Shown: piece after piece, positions 40,601 to 54,892 of the stretch
Numbering within the stretch: the first letter of the stretch is position 1
How the letters are laid out: each line of letters begins with the position of its first letter
Source of the DNA: Chrysomallon squamiferum
Taxonomy: Eukaryota; Animalia; Mollusca
DNA: 64,000 bases
NCBI GenBank assembly: GCA_012295275.1
Contig: CM022670.1
Coordinates: forward strand, 10,230,001-10,294,000
Reading direction: 5' to 3'
The notes under the pieces: generated by a model
Database searches by the model: none
Seen by the model: only the letters and a program-made list of their open reading frames with translations
Told to the model about the DNA's origin: nothing
Translations under genes and position numbers: made by a program

Positions 40601-42347
40601 TCCTAGCAACTCAGATGAAATTTCAGAAACAGTTAAAGATCAGTTGTCAAATTGCTTACTGGACCAGAAGTGTAATGACAATTCTGATAGCATTGTATCA
40701 TCAGCAAAAGCAGAAAGTCCAAAGACAGATTCTTTAGAGCCGTCTAATATTTCTGAAGTGCAGACTACACAGTCTGATTCTGGACCTTTGATTGAAGAAA
40801 ATATTGAAGTAACACAAAGTGAGATTGAGGTACAAACTACTGTGGACTCAGACACTACATTATCACCTCTCAGGTTAGTTGAAAATGACACAGTTGTTAA
40901 ATCATCAGTCAGTACTGATAAACATGAACAGTCAGAACAGAAAGACTGTGTTGATAATGAGAATTCTGACTGTCCAATGGATAGTACAGATCAGGTCAAA
41001 GGATGCACTGAAGCTATGCAAGAAATGTCTGGAGAGACAGCAACTCCTCCAAAAAAAATTGCCAGAAAAAGAAAGTCATGTAGTGAAAGTGAAACTCAAG
41101 AAAATGATTGTGTTGATGGGTGTGTCAAAGTATCAGATGTCGCTCAGGTCATGAAAGCAGATAGTAATGTCTCACTAAATCCTGCTGATCAAGAACAGAA
41201 ACATGTGAGCAAATCTGATTCAGCTGGAATGGGTTTGAGAGTTCGTGAAATTCGTAAACAGTCAGAGGATAGATTGAAATCGGGTTCAGAAGAGCAGAAT
41301 GATAAAGTGACAGCAGTGAAGAAGGCAGATAACCTGAACAAAGAGGAGGATGTGTCTTGGAAGAAGACAAACCCAAGTCGTCGAATAAAGGTTTCCCCAC
41401 CTGTTCTCACAGAGAAGCCACAATCCTACTGTAAGAATTAATACTAGATTTTCAAAAAATATTTTTTAATGTTATTTTTTTCAAGTCACAGTTAAAAATG
41501 CATATTCAGCTTTTTGTCAAATTTACTTATCATGTATATTCTACAGTCTGTTAATTCACTTCACATTTTAAATAAAGATAGATTTTATGAACTATTTGTT
41601 TTCCGTTACAGCATTTTTTGATATTCCCATAATCCAAGGTCGTACCAGAAGCCAGGCAGCACCAGAGACAAAAGACAAGGAGAAACAGGAATCTCCAACA
41701 GAAACACAGAAAAGATCTTCAAGGCCTTCACGTCAAAAAGGTAAAAAAAAAAAAAACAATGAAAAACCCAGCTAAAAATGTTACTCAGATTGTCTGAACA
41801 AAATGAATTCATAAAACCAGATATTGTTTGATTTTAAGTTAATATTAAAAATGGATATTACGGTGTTATGACACTTGATTATTTTGCAAAGCTTGTCTGA
41901 TGATGCAGTATTTTCAATTATTGACCTGGACATGTTTCGATAATTTTATGACTAACAATGGTTATTTAAGTCCTAATGCATACAACTGATGCTCTTTTCA
42001 TTTCAAGTTGTTTTTGATAGCTGTCACATTGTTGCTCTGTGGAATTGCATTTACTAATTGGGGGGGGGTTTCTCTTTTACTGTTAAAAATGCAAAGTATA
42101 TTTTATCATTGGAGAAATAAATGTGTTTTGAAAATTGAGTAAGATAAATGATCTTCAGATATTTATAAACATTGAAAGAAAAATTGGTGGAATTTTGTTG
42201 TTGTTGGGGTATTTAAAAAAAAAAAAAGAAGATAAAATTGTTCTCAGTTTGTTAATGGATACTGATGTTTTTAAAAGGATTGTTTGTTTTACTACAGATT
42301 CCGAACAGCCTGCTGCCAAGAGACGCCGATCCCGTGATCACAGATAG
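34640..42347 (+). CDS. NCOA6: Nuclear receptor coactivator 6 (NCOA6/ASC-2) orthologue, ~2033 aa after correcting one frameshift
   Basis: Coding exons 34640-34760, 35080-38270 (1-nt frameshift at ~35671-35673), 38821-41430, 41612-41740, 42298-42347. The N-terminal domain [47 protein letters not shown] and the NR box SPLLVNLLQ are diagnostic of NCOA6. They are followed by a basic NLS-like PPKKKRRPRKPK, a long Ser/Pro/Thr-rich disordered region and a basic C-terminus (PAAKRRRSRDHR*). Confidence 0.93.
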
Positions 42348-44846
42348 CAGACAGTTTACAAATCTCAGTATATCTTGTCCAGTGTAAATAGTTTGATCTT
42401 CAGTAATGTTTGAAACACTTGAAAAAAACAACTATTATTAATCATAATATTTATGCCAGTTCCCCCACTTCATGAAAACACTTAGCAAAGGTGTTTTTGA
42501 TGGGTAGCTATTCTTTGTTGTATCATTCATATATAATCATATATATAAATATATATATATATATATATGTATATATATGTGTGCGTGCGTGCGTGTGTGT
42601 GTATATGAAATTTGTGTATATAAATTATATATTTGTTTCTCTATTTATGTTTTTCCTATAACAGTAATGTAAGATTAAGATATATAATTGAAATAAAGCC
42701 ATGTTTGGGTGATATGTTTTGTTTTTTTGAGATCTAGATTTACTATTGTATATCATTTTTTCCCCTGTTCTTTTATTTGTATGCATTGCTGTACAGTTTT
42801 CAGAGTGTATTAATTTAATAATATAGCTATTTGAATCAAAAAATTTGCTTCATGAACCATTTACGCCAAATTCCCCTTTGCATATTGGTGGAGTTGATTT
42901 CCACCAAGAATTGTTGTGTGTGATGAAGACTAAAACAAATTTTTGTGATAACTGAAGTTAAAAGTAAGCATGTTGTGCATAATCTTGCAGATGGTAATTA
43001 AATGACGTTTGTACTCATTATCTTAAAGAAATATTAATTTTAACTTTTCTGATGTGTTTTTCACTATAGAATAATGTTACAAAAAGAGTGATAAAAATAA
43101 TTGTTTTAAAATTGAAGCATTGTGATAGCATTGCGCATAGTAGTATGTGAACAATGCTTTTAATGCTATGATTTGAAAACAATAGGAATTTTAATGAAAT
43201 TAACATTGTAATGATTAAGTACTTGCTTGTGAATAGGGGTGTTTGTTTTGTTTTTTCTTTTTTTTCTATATCAGAAGATTTTACGGCAACATCACCCAAA
43301 TGTTTTAAAATTTATTATTTTATTTTCAGAATTGTTTATTTTCTATACTAAAATGTCTAGCATGAAATGATAGAAGATATATTTGATTTGATTTGTTGAA
43401 ATTTTGCCAAAGTGTGTTGTTGACTGCAGAGAGGGGCAAAATGAAATATTTCTATTTTAACATTATATATTAAATTAGTTAATGGAGTGATTTTCTTTCT
43501 TTTTCTTCATTTTTTAACAGAGAATAAATTAATGAAATTTATATTAAAGATTTATAAAATTTAAGATTTATATTACAACTAGTCTTTGTTGTATAGATGT
43601 ACACAATTATTTCAGAGTTCATTTTAAAAAAAGAATATAGCATTCACTGAAGAAGTATTGTACATATTAAGACAATATCTCGATTACTTCTCTGTTAGAT
43701 GCTTCTTGTTGTTAACAGATTATAGTGTAAGACCTCACTTCTCTTTTATCTATTGCACTATCAACCAGTCTTTGATTAGATCTGGTTTGTGTCTCAGATT
43801 GTTTTTTCTTTTCTTTTCTGTTTTTTTTGGCTTGTGGCTTTATTTCTTGTTAGTGCCCATTCATTATGTTAGTTGTAGCTCCTTGTCACTGGCAGACTGT
43901 ATATTTTTTATTTTTATATACAGTATTTGTGAATAAAGTATAGATCTTATTTCATAACAAACTAAAATGTATTGTTGTCGTTTTTTTTAAAACTGAATCA
44001 TGAACCTTGATAATGTAAATACGTCTTATTTATGATTGAAAACCCAAACATTTTGAAAATGTGAATAAAACTGATGTTTGACTGACTGACTACAACCAGC
44101 TTTTTGATTGAGAAACAGTTTTGAAAAAGTGAATGCATCTTAACGTGTGCCTGATAAAAAGTTAACATATGGTTAACATACAATCCAGAAAACCTATTTT
44201 GAAAATTTGAAAGACTGAAAAATAGTTTGAAAATGTTAAAATATCTAACTTGCTATTATAAATTTGAGGAAACATGAATAACCTGTAGCTGACTCTATGT
44301 CTATCATAACTGATTATTTATAATATCAACTGAAAATTTAGCTTCAGAAGAAAAACAAATAATAAAATATGTGTGTGTTTGGGTGTGTGTGTTTACATGT
44401 ATGTATGTATGTATAAATAAATTGAAACAATAATAAAATTTACTATTAGATCTTTTTAAAATTAAATGTTTTTCTGTACAGGTCAATGATTCAGGTTCCT
44501 GATGATGCTTTTCAGTTTGTAACAAAATCCCCCAAAAAAAAAAAAAAAAAAAAAACTTTTAGTTTTAATATTTAAAAAATAAAGAAAATTAAAATTAATA
44601 TACACCACATCATTTACATAAAAGTAAACAATAGCTAAAAACCATTTTAATCCGAAACAGAAAATAAAATACATTTTGATTAGAAGGAATTGAAAAAAGA
44701 AATGAAAAGGTATGAAACCTTCATCAGTATGGTATGTCTGCTTCAATCATTCAAAACTAACAAATACTATCCATTTTCACTGTTCCAAACTGTATTTTGT
44801 CATAATGTTACTGCAGTCACATATATAATCCTCTGGTTTGATTAAG

Positions 44847-44948
44847 TTGAAGATAGGGTTAAAGACAAAACAGGTGAGAAAGGTCTAGTTTACATAAATT
44901 GAAGATAGGGTTAAAGGCAATTAAAACGGGCGAAAAAGTACTGGTTTG
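44847..44948. repeat. Diverged ~51-bp tandem duplication just downstream of the annexin stop
   Basis: TTGAAGATAGGGTTAAAG occurs twice with related tails. Confidence 0.75.
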
Positions 44949-45042
44949 GAGAATTTGAAAACAGATAAAGCAATAGGTAGATACTAGTAAAAATGTTCAT
45001 TAAAAACAGTTGCTTTGTTTTGGACATTACCCTTTTCGTGGG

Positions 45043-46405
45043 TTAATACTGGGTCTGGTAAGGATTAATTATACTACAAAGCATCCGTTTGTAGTCTCCC
45101 GAACATTCATCACTCACAGCATCGGTAAGTGATTTCTCGTACATAGCCTCATACGATTCTTTGATATCTTCTAAATCAATCTGAAATGTCAAAAATGTCA
45201 GTTATTAGATTTAATACACTTATCAGTGCCACTTTGTTCTCAACAGGCTTCTCAAAACTTTTAAACGTTTAATGGTAATTGTTAATTTATCAGGAGCTAC
45301 CGGATTTTGTCGAATTTCAAAAACGTAAATGTACTACATTTTTGTTCGCTTTATCGGCAGTATGTCTGAAATATTAGGAATTAATTTTGTCTGTTACAGA
45401 CTATGAGCAGTAATTCAATTATAATAAAGTTAAAAAGGAAAGTAACAACAACAATAAGATGAAATAAAAATAAAATAAAATAAAATAAACAAAAGTAAAA
45501 CAAATCGGCAAGATTTGAGTAACTAAGTTTTAAAATAATTGTACAGTGTATATAATCTGTTGCACTTCATCAAAAGCAGTTGAACATTAACAAGGTCATA
45601 ACGTAAAAAATTAAATTAAAAATGAAAATAATATATATATTTGATTTTATATAATTTTTATATTTTACATTTATATTTTTTTATGCATTATCAACTGTTG
45701 ATAAAATCGAAGCAGCTGAATCTCAATAAGCCTCAGAAAAGTGTAGTGAATTATTCGCATTAGCAGCAACCGAGTAACTAGCTTCCACAACATAAATCCT
45801 AATTACATCTGTTACAATTTGTCGGTAGCAATTGGGTCGTAACAAGTTTCTAGAGGAAGCAAAGAGAAACACTTTAGAAACACTTTGCTGAATAGCTTCT
45901 TGCAAAATGAATACTTAAGGTGTCGTAAAACTCAGTTTGGCAAGTTTTAAATGGGAGATGCTTTGAGAGGGTCCGTTAACATTAAAAGAAGACAACGCGA
46001 GAATAGTTGTTAGAATAGCACCCGGACGAATGTTGGACCTTAGATCGTTCGTCCTAATTATGTTCACTGGGGTGTATTTACCGTTCCAAACAATGTCTCA
46101 TGGGTAGTTTATCACCGATATCTAGTATGTGTTTTCTCTGTTTAATCGAAGATGTTCATTCAAAAAAGTATCTTGCTTGCAAACGATATTAGTAATCCAT
46201 GGAGTGATGGTAAATAGCTTTCCATCTATATTAATGCCATATTATATTTTTAAATATGTATTAATATGAATAACTATTGATATTAAAATATTTTAACGTA
46301 ACAGTTTCTAAACATTTTACACCATGAACTGTGAAAAAACAACTTGCAGTTCTGTTCAAGACCACCATACAAGTAATAACAAAAACAGACCACAACAGTA
46401 ATATC

Positions 46406-46445
<40 letters not shown>

Positions 46446-46526
46446 TAGAACTAGAAGCAACAACAACAACAATAACAATAGCAAATAATAATAATTATAA
46501 TAATAAGAAGAACAATAACAACTTAT

Positions 46527-46559
<33 letters not shown>

Positions 46560-47133
46560 AATAATAATAATAACAAAAAAAAAAAACCCAAACAGAACAA
46601 AGCATTCCAGGTTTGACGAAGTTCCGCACTGAGAATAACAGAAAACAAACAACAGTAAACCAGCATGTATTATTACCTCGCTTCTAGAAACAATAATTCT
46701 AATCAAATCATTGTCTTCAGTTCCAAGTCCCTCAAGACTCTCCTTTATTCGTCTGGCAAAGTAATCTGGCATACTTTTAGCAGCTCGCACTGTCAGAAAT
46801 TAAAATAACAAAATTAAAAGAGAAACAAACAAACTAACAAACAAACACACAAAGATGTTAGGAAATCGATGGTCACACACTACAGTTATCTTTCATGCAA
46901 AGAAAATATTAATAGTGACTGAAACAAATGAAGAAACAAACAGACAGACAAAAATATAGCTATATATACAGACAGATAGATAGACAAAGAGACAGATAAA
47001 TAAATAAAAAAAAATAATTAAAAAAAGCAACAAAACAACCAAACAAAAAAACAAAAAAACAAAACAAAACACCCGCCTATAATAACATCATAAAATATAA
47101 TAAAAAATAAAAATATTTATAATAATAATAATC

Positions 47134-47174
<41 letters not shown>

Positions 47175-48204
47175 CATCGTCATCATCATCATTATCATCA
47201 TCATTATTATAACAGTAATAATAATAATTAAAAAACCCATAACAGTATATAATTATAATACACTGTTTTTTAAAAACAAATAAAAAAAAACATTTGCTCT
47301 CGTCAGAAATTCGCTTTGTATTTTTTTTTAATTTACAACAGACACATATACACACACTCATACACATGATTAAACATTAACAAAATAACATTTACTTTTT
47401 ATTTCAGTCATCATTTATTTTATCATTAGTTTTTATAAATCATTAGCTTGTGAACTTTGACAGTGTATATTAATAAATAATACGTTTGTACGTAAGTTCT
47501 ATAACTAACTGCGTATGCTGGTACTCACGAATTGTCAGATATCCTTTCTTCAAGTTTCCACTGCATTCGTCTTCAATTGATTCTTCCATTGTTTTTCCTG
47601 TCAGTTCTTCGTATTTTTTGATCGTCTCAAGCAGCTGGTTACGACTTCGCAGACACAGAACGGCGTTAAGTTCGGCTTCTTCCGTACCCCATCGTTCTTC
47701 TCCGGCCTGAGAGACGAAATAACTTATTACCCTTTGTAATTAATTTGAACAATTAATTTTTAATTTTTATATTTTTGTTATTTTAAATGTTACATACACT
47801 AATATAATTCATTACTTTTAACTCCCTTCATTATTTCTTAGAAAATACATCTAGGATAAAGGCATATTGGTCATGAAAACTCAGATCCTCTTTTGAGATA
47901 TGTAGGACAAAAGTTTGATGTATAAGACAGTTTAAGAATGAACAGAATGATACATGGCAGCGATATACTTAAATAAGTATATGTAGCAATATCATTCTGA
48001 ACATGAATGGTAAGTGAACATTATAAAAAGTCCTAAAAGACTGAATTAACCTCGTAGAACTTCTGGGCATCTTCAATTGCTTTTTCTTCATCTGCCCATT
48101 CATTTGTGTCCCGCCCTCCAGCACACAGCGATACCATCATCCGTTGAAAGTACCCACTTGTATCACCCACCAAATCTTCCTCCAGTTCATTACCGAATTC
48201 TATC

Positions 48205-48279
<75 letters not shown>

Positions 48280-48527
48280 GAAGGTAATGAAGACAGAACA
48301 AAAACCAAATAGTTACCAAAAAAAATAAATAAATAAAAATAACACTGAAAATTAAAGTCAATTTGTTTTTGTAATTAATAATAAAAAAAAATAATAATAA
48401 AAATAAAAAATAATATATATATATATATATATTTATAAATGAAATAGTTATCTGAAAAAAAATTGTTTCCAAAAAATAAATAAATAAAAAAACAAAACTG
48501 AAAAATTTGTGTGTGTTTGTTTTGTAG

Positions 48528-48571
<44 letters not shown>

Positions 48572-50423
48572 ATGAACGTATGTTTTTTTTTTTTTTAATA
48601 CAGTTTTTTTTTTTTTAAATACAGTTTTTTTTTAATTACCTTCTTTGTAAATTTGTTTTATTTCTTCAATCTCCTCGTTACTCCGGGTGCACATTATCTC
48701 AATTATTGTGTTCTCATCAGTTCCAAGACCCTACAACAGTAGCCAGTCAGATTTAATAAAAAGCTAATATTAAACAACAGCAACTACAACAGTATCAACA
48801 ACCCCTCCAAAAAAACAACAACCGAAAAAAAAAAAAACAAACTGAACCCTCCCACAAAAACAAAACATTAACAACAACAAAATATCAACTAATCAACAAA
48901 ATTTAATTTCAAAACTAGCAAAAGAGTTAATTAAAAAAAAAACTGCTTTTATAATTAGCTATGAGTATGTCATTGGTAATAAGTACGTATGCGTGTACGT
49001 ATGTATGTGTCTGTGTGTATGACTGTCTCGGTTATGTGTATATGTATATATGTGTACGTGTGTGTGTGTGTCTGCGCGTATGTATATATGTGTATTTATA
49101 TGTATGTATGTGTGTATCTGTATATTTATGTATGTATGTGTATATTTAAGGTTATGTATGCATGTTTTTATTTATGTGTGTATGTGTATATGTAAGGTTA
49201 TGTATGTATATTTATATGCATGTAGATATTTATGTATGTGTGTGTATTTGATTCTGTATGTGTATGTGTACTGGTATTTGCTACTAAAATATCATATGGT
49301 TGTGATTGTAATGATCAGCTGGTGGAACTGGAAATTATAAATGAGTGAAAGGAAAAGTGTTACGTTGATGGCCTTGTGGATCTGTCTCGCGTCAAAGACT
49401 CGGGGTGGATCCATCAGAGCCAGACACACCTCTTCGAAATCTCCTCCCAGCTCGTCCTTCAAATCATCTATCAGATCCTACACAGTGGATCAATAAATAA
49501 GTAAGTAAGTAACTAAGTAAGTCAGCAAGTAAGTAAGTAATAGTTATGTTAGACAATAAATAAATGTTTAAGTAAATAAATAAATAAATATTTAAGTAAA
49601 TGAATGAATGAATGAACGAATGAATGACAGAATGAATAAACAAACAAAAACAAAAGCAAAAGGACACAGGTGCAATTTCTTATTTCATTCTTATAAAGCA
49701 TAAATAAAATTAAAATTAATACTGAGATAATACAAAAAAACAAAAACAATAACAGCGTAACAATTACAATAAAAAATGTTCTGCTTTTTTATTTTTAACT
49801 GGTTGATATTTATTTGACATTAAGCTATATTAATTCCAAAACCTTTTATAGACAAATTAGTTTGTAGTTTTGATTGATACTGGCTTTTTTTTAAACAACA
49901 ACAATACAAACAAATAAACAAATACAAAATTCTAAGCCCCCAGACAAACACCCAAACAAACAAAGCACACAAACAAACAAAACAAACAAACAACAACAAA
50001 ACAGTAAAAAAAAAAAAAAAAAAAAAAAAATTATAAACAATATTTAAAGTATAGCAAAATTTTAAAGAAAATGCTGATTAGCTGCATAATTATAAAATAT
50101 ATAACAAATTTGTATTTTACGTAAAGAGATAGGAAACAAATACACAACCTTGCCATACGCTTGTTTATACGTGGTTATAATCTCTTGTCTTTGTTCATTG
50201 TTATGGTCAGACAATATTGCAATGATAATATGTTCGTCAGTTCCTGAAATAAAAATATAAAAGGGATTGTGACAATAATGGTTTTGTTTGGTTAAATCAG
50301 TCTGTAATTAGAACTGGGTTTTTTTTCTTCTTTTTTTTCAGTAATTAATATAACGATTATATTCCGAACAAATACAAGTCTGTATTAATTAATTATTACC
50401 AACCATGTAAAACTACCGCTAAC

Positions 50424-50494
<71 letters not shown>

Positions 50495-50583
50495 AATGAT
50501 AACGATAACGATAATAATGATGATTATAATAACGATAACGACAATGATAAAAATGATGATGATGATGATAAAAAATAATAATG

Positions 50584-50648
<65 letters not shown>

Positions 50649-51046
50649 AAGAAGAAGAAGAAGAAGAAAAAGAAGAAGAAACAAAAACTAAAAAATGAGA
50701 TAATGCTGATATTTTTATGGAAAGTAAAAATTATAACAGGACACTACATACCAAGACCTTTCATGCTGTTTCGCAACTGCTCGGCGGCCTTGTCGGCCTC
50801 AAAGTCGTCAACTCCGCGAATTGTACCCTGAAATAAGAACAGTTTAAATAATTATCTTGTAACTGTTAACTAAAATGTTGCTGTCTACAGCAGTTTTACA
50901 GGCAGTCTGTGAAAGAAGGCATTCTGTAAAATGTCTGCGAAATTGTCTGAAAATCATTAAAAGAAGTTCCTGAAATGTAATGAAAACCTAAATACACAAA
51001 TTCGTTGATTTCCTATATCCACATTAAGCTATTTTGATAGATTATT

Positions 51047-51112
<66 letters not shown>

Positions 51113-51995
51113 AAAATTAAAAAGGAAGAATAAAATAAAAAAAAAGAAAAAGAAAAAAAAAAAAAGTATTTAATTGTCCAGTAATGTCATTTTGTAATGA
51201 TAATACGAGAAAAGAAATCTTCTATATTACTAACACTTTCCCATGTATATAATTGAAAATTTTTGAAAAATATTCACGAGGAACGGACTGGAACGGGAAA
51301 TATCTAAACCGTTGTGTTCAATGTTTCAGAAATCATTAACAGTTTGAACTGAAAGATCTACGTACATTTTCAAATGCCGAATTAGTTCTGTATCAGATCT
51401 CAGTCGACGGTTAGGTTTCATTTTATTTCTTTAGAGATAACGAGTTTATGTTTCAGTTTTTATATTTATAGGTCATTGAGCTCCAGTTTGTCTTTGTGTT
51501 TGACTGTGTATGTGTATACATATACATTCAAACTTACTAACCTGGGAGATTGAAAAATACGACAAACTGGCTTAACAGCTGCTGTCAAACGAAATCAGAT
51601 TATTGATTATTTTAATTTATTTTTGTTTTTCAAATATTATAATGAGAGAACATTTAGTTCGTATTGATTAACAAGGAATGTTTTACAAGGACAGGAAAGT
51701 ATACAACTGTGTGGATTTTGATACAAATATCGAAGGATAATGGCAGGAAATAACTTGAATCAGTCAGATGAAGATTAATGGACGCACCGACAAGAATTGA
51801 TCCTGCAACTCGTTACTCCTCGTACTAAGACTGTAACAGCACATAGCTAGTCTCTTGTGAAGGTCACAACAATAAAATGATGAAAAAGACGTTCGTCATT
51901 ATAATGACGATACTGAGGATTATAATAATAAAAATAGTAGTACCCAGTAATAGTATGGTAATAATAATAATGTGGTGGTTGTAGTGATAGTAGTT

Positions 51996-52031
<36 letters not shown>

Positions 52032-52093
52032 GTAATAATAATAATAATATAATAATAATGATAATAACAATCGTGATGATGATGATAATAATA

Positions 52094-52147
<54 letters not shown>

Positions 52148-52190
52148 TATAATAATGATAATAATAATGGTGATGATGATGATAATAATA

Positions 52191-52238
<48 letters not shown>

Positions 52239-53091
52239 GTAATAATATTTCATACTTGAAATTTTTTATTATTTTCTTTATTATTTTTAATTACTGTTAT
52301 ATCGGATATTTCATCTGCACTGTTTTCAAACATTTTTAAACACTGTTGCCATCACGACCACTCCAAAAACGAGGAAGGGATTATGAAAACTTCATCAGTC
52401 GAGAGGGTTTTTATCAGACACAGTGTCAACTTTGGAGTTTCAACAAAGCGTTATCATATCTTTGTCAAACAAAACGGGGGCCACCTTTAGTGGGTTACCT
52501 CGCTTTTTTTTTTTTTTTTATCAAATATTCTTCATACTGCTAAGTTTTAAATCTTCAGGTCAGCTCGAACCTTCATGAATATACAAAGCTAATGTTTTTT
52601 TTTTTTTTTTAAATATATTTACCAGGACGTGTATTTCAAATGAGTAATTGGCCAGCTTGTCGTTAGTTTAGCTTTGAGACGTGTAGCCAGAGCGGCCCCA
52701 GGCAATAACATTCCTTTTGCACACCAAGTCGTAGATATCAGTGAACAAATAAAAACGAGTTTACCGTGTACAGAGATGAAGGTGTGTCTTTGTTTGTGTG
52801 GTGTCGTGTTTGTATATACGTCTGTATGTGTGTGTAATATGAGTATGTATGTATCTGCGAGCTTGCATTTGTTGTTGTATGCATCTATATATCTGTCTAT
52901 ATCTGCATATACATACATATTCATGTCTTTGTTTTTATATGTACGTTTAGACTGTTTTTTTTTAATGCAAAATATAATTTTACAGTCTGACTCATAGGAA
53001 ATTCTGGGACACTGTTTATTGTTTATTTTTTCTCCCACACAAACTCTCCCACGTTTTCACACCGTGAAATATTATTTACATACGATCAAAT

Positions 53092-53186
<95 letters not shown>

Positions 53187-53236
53187 ATAAAATGTTTTAA
53201 CATTTGGATTAACAATCACATAACATTTTTATTTTT

Positions 53237-53276
<40 letters not shown>

Positions 53277-53808
53277 TTATTTGTCCCGCGTTGTCGAAAT
53301 TAATGAATATATTTTAAAATGTTGTTTTTATAGATCTTAGTTGTAAAATTAAAATAATAAAGAATGCAACCAGTACTTTTTTTTTTTTTTTTTTTTTATT
53401 ACGATGTTATTAAAAACTAATTTGATTCATTCAGTTTAGTGTACGTTTGAAAAGCCGTGTTCAATATTTCACTTTGTACATTAGCAGTATATACAAATTT
53501 CTGTTTACTTTCAGTCACACCCTCTTTTTATAATAGTACATTTCAATTTATATACCACTGTGTCTATATCTGTGACCTGGTTTCTACATGGTTTTACCTG
53601 GATAGCCACCTGGAATGTTACTACAGGTGCTATATCAAATTAAACATCTGCATCTCTCGCAGTTTTGCAAACTAAACGTATCTGTTTGCAAATATTTTTC
53701 AGTATTTCTTACGTTAATTTAACATAACAAAAAAAAAGTACAGGTAAGACAGGTAAACAGATATTATAGATAAATAAGATGTGGAGATTTAAATATACTC
53801 ACCGGCAT
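45043..53808 (-). CDS. Annexin (four-repeat core, short N-terminus MPGTIRG..., ~319 aa)
   Basis: Exons 53808-53803 (ATGCCG|GTGAGT), 50827-50752, 50243-50149, 49477-49364, 48730-48640, 48199-48051, 47706-47529, 46789-46677, 45180-45043 (960 nt, ends TAA). Four annexin repeats with [33 protein letters not shown], plus [45 protein letters not shown]. The subfamily cannot be assigned without a phylogeny. The 6-nt first coding exon is less certain than the core. Confidence 0.93.
48205..48278. repeat. (AAT)n microsatellite abutting an annexin splice acceptor
   Basis: Direct observation. Confidence 0.95.
50424..50680. repeat. (AAT)/(GAT)/(AAG) compound trinucleotide repeat
   Basis: Direct observation. 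Confidence 0.95.
51788..52711 (-). CDS. Putative alternative 5' exons of the annexin gene adding a 44-aa N-terminal extension
   Basis: Exon 52711-52623 (ATG...TG|GTAAAT, 89 nt) plus exon 51830-51788 (ttacag|...TCG|GTGCGT, 43 nt) total 132 nt. They are stop-free and in phase with the exon at 50827, giving [49 protein letters not shown]. No transcript evidence is available. Confidence 0.6.
51960..52246. repeat. (AAT/GAT)n low-complexity tract
   Basis: Direct observation. Confidence 0.95.
53094..53183. repeat. (CT)n microsatellite
   Basis: Direct observation. Confidence 0.95.
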
Positions 53809-53850
53809 AGTGAATTAACTTGTCTTTCTAGCGACAGTAATGTCAACGGG

Positions 53851-53868
53851 ATCACGTGATCACGTGAT
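53851..53868. promoter_or_regulatory. Tandem E-box palindrome upstream of the annexin distal start codon
   Basis: ATCACGTGATCACGTGAT is a perfect 18-bp palindrome containing two TCACGTGA sites, 43-60 nt upstream of the ATG at 53808. Confidence 0.6.
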
Positions 53869-53992
53869 TACCTGCAAGTGAGTTTGACTGAACGTAGGTG
53901 GTGAAATGACTAATACAGTTTCCGGAGTGTGGGCCATGAGATATCTGTAACATTATGTGGGCGATGTCAGGGTATATGTGGAGTGTAAATAT

Positions 53993-54045
<53 letters not shown>

Positions 54046-54461
54046 GAGAACAAATATTAAACAAAAACACAATACCAGTAAATAAAATAAAACAGACGCA
54101 CAGACGCACAGACGCACACCCATACAGACACAGAGGCGTATATACAAGGCTGAAATAGGGCAGAAGTAGTAAAAATAATAAAAGACTAAAGTAAATATAT
54201 AAAAACATTGCATTCAACAAAGTAAATAAATAAATACAATTGTCAAAATAAAAAGATATACCATGTCACCAGTCAGTCAGCGAATGATAAAAAAATAAAA
54301 AATAAAAAAAAAAAAATAATAAAAAGAAACAAAAAATAATTGAAACGTCCTCCTAAGCAGACTCAGTCTTTTAAGACTTTTAAGCAAAATCACGTTTGCC
54401 TGTGAATAACAAACAATCAACCTGACAAAGAGCAACAACAACACAGACAAAACTACTACTG

Positions 54462-54503
<42 letters not shown>

Positions 54504-54595
54504 ATACTAATAATTAAAATAAATGCTCATTTTATCCTTAAAAAAAAGTTCTTTGGTCATCATACAATATTATTACAAATAGTAGAAAATATTCT

Positions 54596-54659
<64 letters not shown>

Positions 54660-54892
54660 AATTTTCTTTAAGCATCAGAAACTTAGTGGCGATTTTAACA
54701 TATAATACTTTAATGATAAATAAAACACCATATTAAAATAGGCCATATATACAAGCTATAGTTATTATTATTATTGTTGTTGTTGTTGTTGCCGTTTTTG
54801 ATAATTTATTGAATCGTGTTGTTGTAATGTCTGTATAAAATTTTAACTTGTTTTATTCTTTTCTGAATTTAATGTTTACTTCTTCCTCCATT

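Noticed and set aside
35776-41812. Multiple small overlapping or antisense ORFs inside NCOA6
   Set aside because: Alternative-frame by-products of long coding exons.
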